Below are positions 56,481 to 64,000 of a stretch of 64,000 nucleotides of DNA, one piece after another. How positions within the stretch are numbered: position 1 is the stretch's first letter; every line of letters starts with the position of its first letter. Position numbers and translations under genes: made by a program. Source of the stretch: Camelus dromedarius (lineage: Eukaryota); the NCBI RefSeq assembly GCF_036321535.1, contig NC_087436.1:45634001-45698000 (forward strand), given 5' to 3'. Under the pieces are notes generated by a model. The model saw only the letters and a program-made list of their open reading frames with translations, was not told the origin of the DNA and searched no databases.

Positions 56481-57151
56481 TCACAGATGGGCTTGGAGAT
56501 GAGAGGGGTGCCACTGATACAGATCTCAAGCACACAGCTTTAGGGGAGAGAAACTCTGTATCTAAATGAAGCCTATATCAAGAGTATTTCAGAAGAGTTC
56601 CTATAAAGAGCCACTGGTTCTAAGATAAGCTCAGAATGTTATTACCTTACGAGTATTTATTGAGTTTAGACAGTACTTTTGTTCAAGAAGCTCTCTGGGA
56701 AGATGGGATTCCTATTTCCTGACTCATAATCTAGTCAAACTGACAAAGGACAATTCAGAAAGAGTGACTGTAGGACATTTAGTGACTTTTCCATTTGCTT
56801 ACTTACTCCTAGCTGATGCTCACTCAGTGACACTCTCAGGCTGTGGCTGGGAAGGCCCAGTGTAGAGAGAAGCTTCCACTGCAGGTTTCTAAATTGCTCC
56901 CTCTACCCATCCCCACCCTGGTCCTTAGTGCCTTTAGCCCGAGTCTTTGAAAAGGAGCAGATAAGTAAAAGCTGCTCAGGAGAAGAAAAGATGAGGTTGG
57001 AGGGATAAAGCCCAAACTCACAACAAGATTCTTAGTTAAAAGGAAATCCAAATCTCTGGGAATTTTAACATATACCCAAATTAGTAAGGATTGCAACATC
57101 TTCCCCTCCTCCCTGCCATCAAACAATCAAAATAGTCACAGATTCCAGTCA

Positions 57152-57430
<279 letters not shown>

Positions 57431-58365
57431 CTAAATCAATGCTTTAATACAGCTGCTAAGCAAAGTAGGAGCCACTACCTACATCTGTGTCAAGGAGAAC
57501 CAACGTGATGAGGTAACCTCATCTCAGAATGGGAGCTTGCTGGTATGAAGACATCTAAAATATGGAGAGTGGGAGAATGTGGGCTAATTGACATAACACC
57601 AACAAGAGAGAGACCAGGGCAGGAAGATCTCCATGTTCAGTGATTCTGTCACTACTGATAGAATAAACAACTTAACTGAGTAAGTTATTTTACTCTTTTT
57701 TGTCTTAGGTTCCTTGTCTTTTGAATGGCAGTAATTAAGTAGTAGATTAAATTCACAGGTTGTTGTAAAGATTTTTAAAAATCTAAGGTAACTGAATTAA
57801 CAGTCTCTTCAAATTCCCCTCTCCACTAACACATTTTCCTGCATTGGACCCCCACATCCCTTTCTATCTCTCCTCTTAACTAAAATTCATCCATTGATTG
57901 TGTTCCTGGTGTCATCCCTCCTGCCTTCTCTGGGACCTTGTTCTGTCAGTTACTCTTTTCATTTACATTCATTCTCTCCATTTTACCAGTTTCTTTCTCT
58001 TAGCTGATTAATAGCCTCAGGTCTCTCCTATCTTAATTCCCTCATCCCCTTGAACCTCTCTAGCTTCTTTTTGTCTCTTCTCTTCTCAGCCAAATTTTTC
58101 AAAAGTCATTTATTATCTGCTGCCCCCAATCTACCCCTAAGTGGGCTCTTCTGATCCCTCTTCAACTAAACCCACTTTTCCATGCCACTGAAATTGCTCT
58201 AAGATATTCCAGTATTTAGTAAGCTGGGAAATGTTTTAATACACTATCTCAAGTGGTTAGTGGCTAAGCCTAAGGAGCCACAAGTTTGGAAGTTTTTATC
58301 ACGTCGTCACATTCCCCAGGCCAGACTTTGCAAATAAGCAATGAATTTGGTGGATTAGGGTGAAT

Positions 58366-58382
58366 GTCTCCCTCTAGTGGCA
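58366..58382 (-). promoter_or_regulatory. Candidate CTCF site
   Basis: Minus strand TGCCACTAGAGGGAGAC, with an upstream TGCA module; motif match only. Confidence 0.55.
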
Positions 58383-58529
58383 GCAAATGCAAATGATCTG
58401 TCCTGTTGAAAATGGATCTCCACCCATCATTATTGACTGCTGCCATTAAGATTCATTTCGGTCTCTAGCTTTTGTCCCAAATTAAAGCCATAAATGTAGG
58501 AAGGGAATTTTTTAATATAGCTATTGTGG

Positions 58530-58880
58530 GGGTTTTTTTTCACTATGGCAGAAAACGCATAAAACAAAATTCACCATATTAGCCTAAGACAACCCAGTTT
58601 CAGTAGTGTTAAATACCTTCACATTGTTGTGCAAGCAATTTCCAGAAATTTTTTTTTCTTGCAAAACTGAAAATCTATGCCCGTGAAACAACTTCCCGTC
58701 TCCCCCTCCCCTAGTCCCCAGCAAATACTACACTACTTTCTGTTCTTGTCTAAGTGTGACTATTCTAGATACCTTAAGTAGAACTGTGGAATCATACAAT
58801 ATTTCTCTTTTGTGACTCACTTATTTCACTTAGGAAAATGACCTCCGGGTTCATCTATGTTGTAGTGTGTGTCAGAATTA
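58530..58880 (-). mobile_element. L1MA/MB-type 3'UTR fragment
   Basis: 'acaaaattcaccatatt...ttcacattgttgtgcaa...ggaatcatacaatatttctcttttgtgactcacttatttcacttag'. Confidence 0.85.
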
Positions 58881-59032
58881 GCTATAGTTTTTCAACAAAA
58901 ACCCCACACTAGATATAATCTTCCCTATTGTTTTGTTTACAGGAGAGGCACAATTGTGTTTTAAATTAAAAATGAATTCCTTCAATCTTTACATTAAAAT
59001 TCTGAACTGGCAGTTGAGCTGCCACCACTATA

Positions 59033-59050
59033 TGCCAGTAGGTGGCACTA
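59033..59050 (+). promoter_or_regulatory. Candidate CTCF site
   Basis: TGCCAGTAGGTGGCACTA, near-consensus CTCF core; motif match only. Confidence 0.55.
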
Positions 59051-60600
59051 TAATGATGGAAATGGTTATTTAGATATTTTCATACCTAATTATTTCATAA
59101 CGGCCTTTAATAGGAAGTTGTATTAGTCATAGATTACTGCAGTAAAATTATTTACAAAATATCTCCTATGCTTTTTGGTTTAGAATATCCTTTACATTCT
59201 AGTTAGGAATTTTTAAATCCCTTTATATCTTGATAAATCAAAACAATCATTTTACATTTATTTGGGAGACATATTTTTAAATAATGTACATCTCCCCTAC
59301 TAGACCCCATGACTTCACAGGAACCGTATTTGTTTTACTCTCCACTGTATCTCTACTTCTTATAATGATTCAATAAATATATGTTAGGTGCATGGATGAT
59401 AAAATCTATGATTATACACAAGCTTATGATTTACTGTAAAATATGTCAATTTTTAAAGAAGCTTCAAAATACATAAAATTTTAAATTATACTTGTCTTGA
59501 TAATTTAATGTATAATACAAATTTAGAAATTCATTACCAAAGAGAGTGGGCAAAAAAAAAAAATATATCTTACACAGATTTTTAGTTTGTGAGCTTCTTC
59601 CTAAAAGAGAGGGACCATGTTTTTCCATCTTCTCAACCAACCAGTTTCTAAATTCTGAAAGCACCTTTAACATCCCCCCGACCTTCATTTTGATATCCAA
59701 TCTGTTACCATATTCTCTCAGGTTTTCAATCGCAGTGATTTTTTTGTAATACTCTAATCCTCCATTCCTCTTTTAAATGGCAATGTTCTAGCTTAGGCCT
59801 TTATTAACTGCTGACTGAACAGTTGTCATAAACTCCAAACTGATTTCTTTCTCTCCAAATTCCAATACAACCCTTATACTGTTACCTAAGGGGTTATCCT
59901 GAAGTACCAATCTTACCAAATACATTTCCTGCTCAAGAACATGCAATGGCTCCCTAGTACATTCAGAATTAAGTTTAGTTAATACATCCTGGCAGTACTA
60001 ATACACAATGACCAATTTTTGCAGCTGTATTTCAAATGATAACATTTTACGACTCTATTTACCACATGGCCCAGTTCAAATATTGTCTTTGCAGATTCCC
60101 TGAATCAAAATGAATCCCCCACTGCTATAGAATCTCACAACCATTTGCACTTCTCTTTTAACAGTCAGCATAGACTACTATGGTTTCAAAGGTATTTATG
60201 AAAATACATGATACCCTATGCAAAATCTGAAAATATAATAGGACAGAAATCTATATTTATTAATCTTTGCACGAGTGGATATGTGGATATTCATTAATGC
60301 CTAAAGGTGATATTATCATTTGTGAAAAAGACATTTTATAAAACACAATGATAACAGCTGAATCATTTATTTATACCTAAATAAGTTTTTTAATGTTTAA
60401 TATTTTCATTCTGATTTTAAGAAATCTTGGCAAAGAGAAATGATTATATACCACTATTTTTTATCCAATATTCCAGTGTTAAAAGTAATTCTCATAGCTC
60501 ATAAATCCCGGAGAAGTCTGTTAGTCTATTTGTCTCTACGTCTTTCTCACCATATATTTAAGGGTTTGGGGGAGGAGGGGCAGGGGCGGTGAGTGAGCGT

Positions 60601-60652
60601 GAGAGAGAGAGAGAGAGAAAGAGAGAGTGTGTGTGTGTGTGTGTATGTGTGT
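60601..60652. repeat. Compound (GA)n(GT)n microsatellite ~70 nt into intron 13
   Basis: Direct reading. Confidence 0.9.
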
Positions 60653-60670
60653 AAACATATTTTGTATTTA

Positions 60671-60949
<279 letters not shown>

Positions 60950-61707
60950 TTAATCAAGAAAACATACAACAAACAAAATTTGCATGGAAAAAAATTCTTT
61001 TATTCTTTCATTAAAAACATCAATGTAAATCACTTTAGGATAAACTAAAGTGGTACACCAACGAATATAGAAAGTATAGCACTGTATGTAGGACAAATAA
61101 TTTTCAAAAGCAAAAAATTACCTTCTCTATGTAGAACATTTGGACAGAAAATGTTGAATTAAGCTCAGATCATTGGATAAAAAAGGAATCATTTGTTTAA
61201 AAACTATAGTATATCACTAATGGAAAGTGTTTGAGTACATATTCTTAAATTAAGTGTTTCATGCTGCAAAAGGCAATGGAAGCTTCTTGCTAGCCTGTCC
61301 CTCTGCTATGCATATGTTAAACTCACTATATATGTAAAATTACAATATAAAAGGAAGAGTGTATTTATTATCCAGTTTTATATGATATACTCAGTTAACT
61401 TGGTCAGTTTTCAGTTCCATAAATCAGGTGCTTAGGCACATTTTTTGAAGTCATTATGATTTATTATCTTTTCACTGGCTTGTTTAGAGATGGTTACATT
61501 CCCACTGTTTTAATTATGTGGCTGGCTCCAAATTAATTATCTATTTCTACCAGTATATTATTTCTCATAGACTATCATAAAATTTCCATCATAAATAAAA
61601 CTGTTAGCTTTTATCCCTGATTTTTTAACTAGGAAGGAATCTCCTTAAATTAATCTCTAAACCTAAACAAACATTTGTCACTAATTCACAATTAACAACA
61701 GCCTTTC

Positions 61708-62152
61708 CTCAGCCATAAAAAAGAATGAAATAATGCCATTTGCAGCAACATGGATGGACCAACAGATTATCATACTAAGTGAAGCTAGTCAGACAGAGAA
61801 AGACAAATATTAATGATATCCCTTATGTGTGGAATCTTGAAAACAGTACAAATAAACTTATTTACAAAACAGAAACAGACTCACAGACATAGAAAACACA
61901 CTTATGGTTACCAAAGGGGAAAGGGGAGGAATGATAAATTGGGAGTAGGGGACTAGCAGATGCACACTACCATATATAAAATAAACAACAAGGATTCACC
62001 ATATAGCACAGGGAACTACATTCAACATCTTGTAATAAACTATAACGGAACAGAATTTTAAAAGAATATATACATATATATGTTTAACTGAATCACTCTG
62101 CTGTACAGCTGAAACTAACACAATATTGTAAATCAACTATACTTCAATGAAA
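61708..62152 (+). mobile_element. L1 3'-end insertion (~445 bp)
   Basis: 'ctcagccataaaaaagaatgaaataatgccatttgcagcaacatggatggacc...attgtaaatcaactatacttcaat'; flanked on both sides by 'acagcctt'. Confidence 0.93.
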
Positions 62153-62459
62153 AACAACATACAGCCTTCTAATCTTTCAAGATTTCTCTTTCCTCTTGTC
62201 TAAATCTAGGAATGACCTATCACTTGAACTCATCTTATGATTTTTCTAAATAAAATTCATAAGCCATGCAATCCAAACATCAGCCTCTCTCAGGAAACAA
62301 TGTAGATTTCAAAACAAAGTAGGTAGGGTAATGGGCTTATGTCTCATTGGTTACTGAATTACAGCTCCTTCTTTTCAAAAAGATTTTCAAAAACTTGATT
62401 TTACTTAAAATGAAAGGATAGCTAAACAATAAAATTTTAAATCAAGAATTGAAAGTCAA

Positions 62460-62514
62460 TTTGACACAACATTGTAAAATGACTAACTCAATAAAAAAAG
62501 TTTAAATAAAAAAA
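62460..62514 (+). mobile_element. 55-bp extremely truncated L1 with 16-bp target-site duplication
   Basis: TSD aagaattgaaagtcaa (62444-62459) / aagaattgaaaatcaa (62515-62530); insert is the L1 terminus plus A-tail. Confidence 0.9.
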
Positions 62515-62722
62515 AAGAATTGAAAATCAAAAGACATTAAAAGGATGAGGAAGGCATGCCAGCCATACCATTTCTGCACATTTGAACAAATCTCATGTAT
62601 TTTCTTGGTTTCTGATTCCACTGACCACCTGAGGTCTTAACGACAAATTTTGTACATTAGCACAGCAAACATGAACTGTCACGTGACGTCTGCAGAAAGG
62701 TCTTTATTTTCACAAATACTTA

Positions 62723-62857
<135 letters not shown>

Positions 62858-63469
62858 TTACATCAACTTTACTTTTTAAACAAAAATACTCCTTTCCCCT
62901 CTTACTTACTGAAAAGCAATGACAGACATTCTAAACTACCCCAATTGCACGTGTGCATGTGCACACACACATTCTCACACACGTCAGAACGTGCCCACAA
63001 ATTCTATTTTTTTTTTTAACACAGTGTTTTAATTAGTTTCCCAATATTTATCCCCAGCAATTAAAATACACAGTGAAAGGATAAAGTAAGAAGGGGACTG
63101 TGTCAGTGGGCCGGCAGGGATAAAGCCAGAAGTGTAAATACCACCATTCCTTTCTCTTCACAACCTCCCAGCTCCTGCTGAAACCAGTAAAAGCCAGAGG
63201 AATCTCAGCCTCTTGGCCACAGACCATGGGGAGGAGAGAGAGTAGACCTGTAAGGGTCACAAAGACAGTCAGCACAAGGACAGTAGGGGGACAGTTATAT
63301 TGACTTTTAATTTTCTTCCATGTGATTCTAAGACAAATGGGAGTACTGAAATATTTGCTGCTCTTTACATTAAAAAAAAATGTAATAACCCTTTAGAATC
63401 TGGAAGGGAAGAAAACTCTTGTTTTCTAATTTTTCCATGTATTTGTCAAACAAATCTGTATTATCATAT

Positions 63470-63630
63470 AAACATTTACTAAGTACCTATTGTGTGCCAG
63501 GGATTGGCCTAAGCACTGGAGACACAACAGTAAACAAAGATCAGCAGGAGAGCAAGAGGGAGGGACAGGAAGGGGAGGGGAGGGAGGGAGGGAGGAAGGC
63601 AAGAGGGGAGGGAAGAGAGGGAGAGGGAAT
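63470..63630 (-). repeat. L2 3' fragment followed by a GGA/GGGA polypurine tract
   Basis: 'aacatttactaagtacctattgtgtgccagg...ctaagcactggagacacaacagtaaacaa' then a (GGAG)n-like run. Confidence 0.7.
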
Positions 63631-64000
63631 TACAAAACAGAAGATAAAGATTGCAACTGGCAGATTCCGAGCAGGCTGGCAGGTGGCTTGCTGAAGTGCA
63701 CTGTGAGCTCTCCTGGGCTTCCAGCCCCAGCAGCTTTCTGAAGCAGGCAGGGCCATAAGCAGAGGGGATTAAAAGAACCTCTCTTCTCCACCACATGCAG
63801 CCTGCTCCCCTGTTCCCCGCTTGCAAACTAGAAACTACAACTATCTTTAATTTATTCAACAAATATCTGGAAAGGCCTATCCCTTGTTCTTGTAAGCAAT
63901 GTGTACAAGCAACAGGCCTGCCCCGAAACACAGGGCAGGACAATTCCCTCTCCCCTGTCCTGCAAAACACTAAGGAGATCCCCAGGGTGTCTATTCAAAT

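Noticed and set aside
63509..63970. 153-aa minus-strand ORF as a possible EGF exon 11
   Set aside because: No YWTD-repeat similarity; it is built from L2 and low-complexity sequence.

Overview
Mammalian genomic DNA, not prokaryotic. The tRNA-derived SINE at ~1 kb, the L1 3' ends and the absence of Alu/Bov/PRE-1/CAN SINEs point to a camelid (inference). The window holds the 3' half of the pro-epidermal growth factor gene EGF on the minus strand: 13 coding exons (12-24 by homology to the human 24-exon model). All have GT-AG boundaries and splice into one uninterrupted frame of 1921 nt ending in TGA at 29793-29795, followed by a ~0.8 kb 3'UTR. The rest is intron/intergenic DNA rich in L1, L2, MIR, CR1, ERVL/MaLR and hAT repeats; the first ~2.7 kb may be the distal 3'UTR of the convergent neighbour ELOVL6 (synteny guess). 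The most notable signal is the mature 53-aa [56 protein letters not shown]. It keeps all six cysteines and R41 but matches human EGF at only 28/53 positions (exon 13 matches at 65/74). It has lost the EGFR-critical Leu47 (now Phe), gained a neuregulin-like N-terminus and gained an N-glycosylation sequon, suggesting relaxed constraint or a shift in ErbB receptor specificity. Human comparisons are from my recall of the human sequence, and repeat family names and boundaries were assigned by eye, so both need checking. No CRISPR, rRNA or operon-type system is present.
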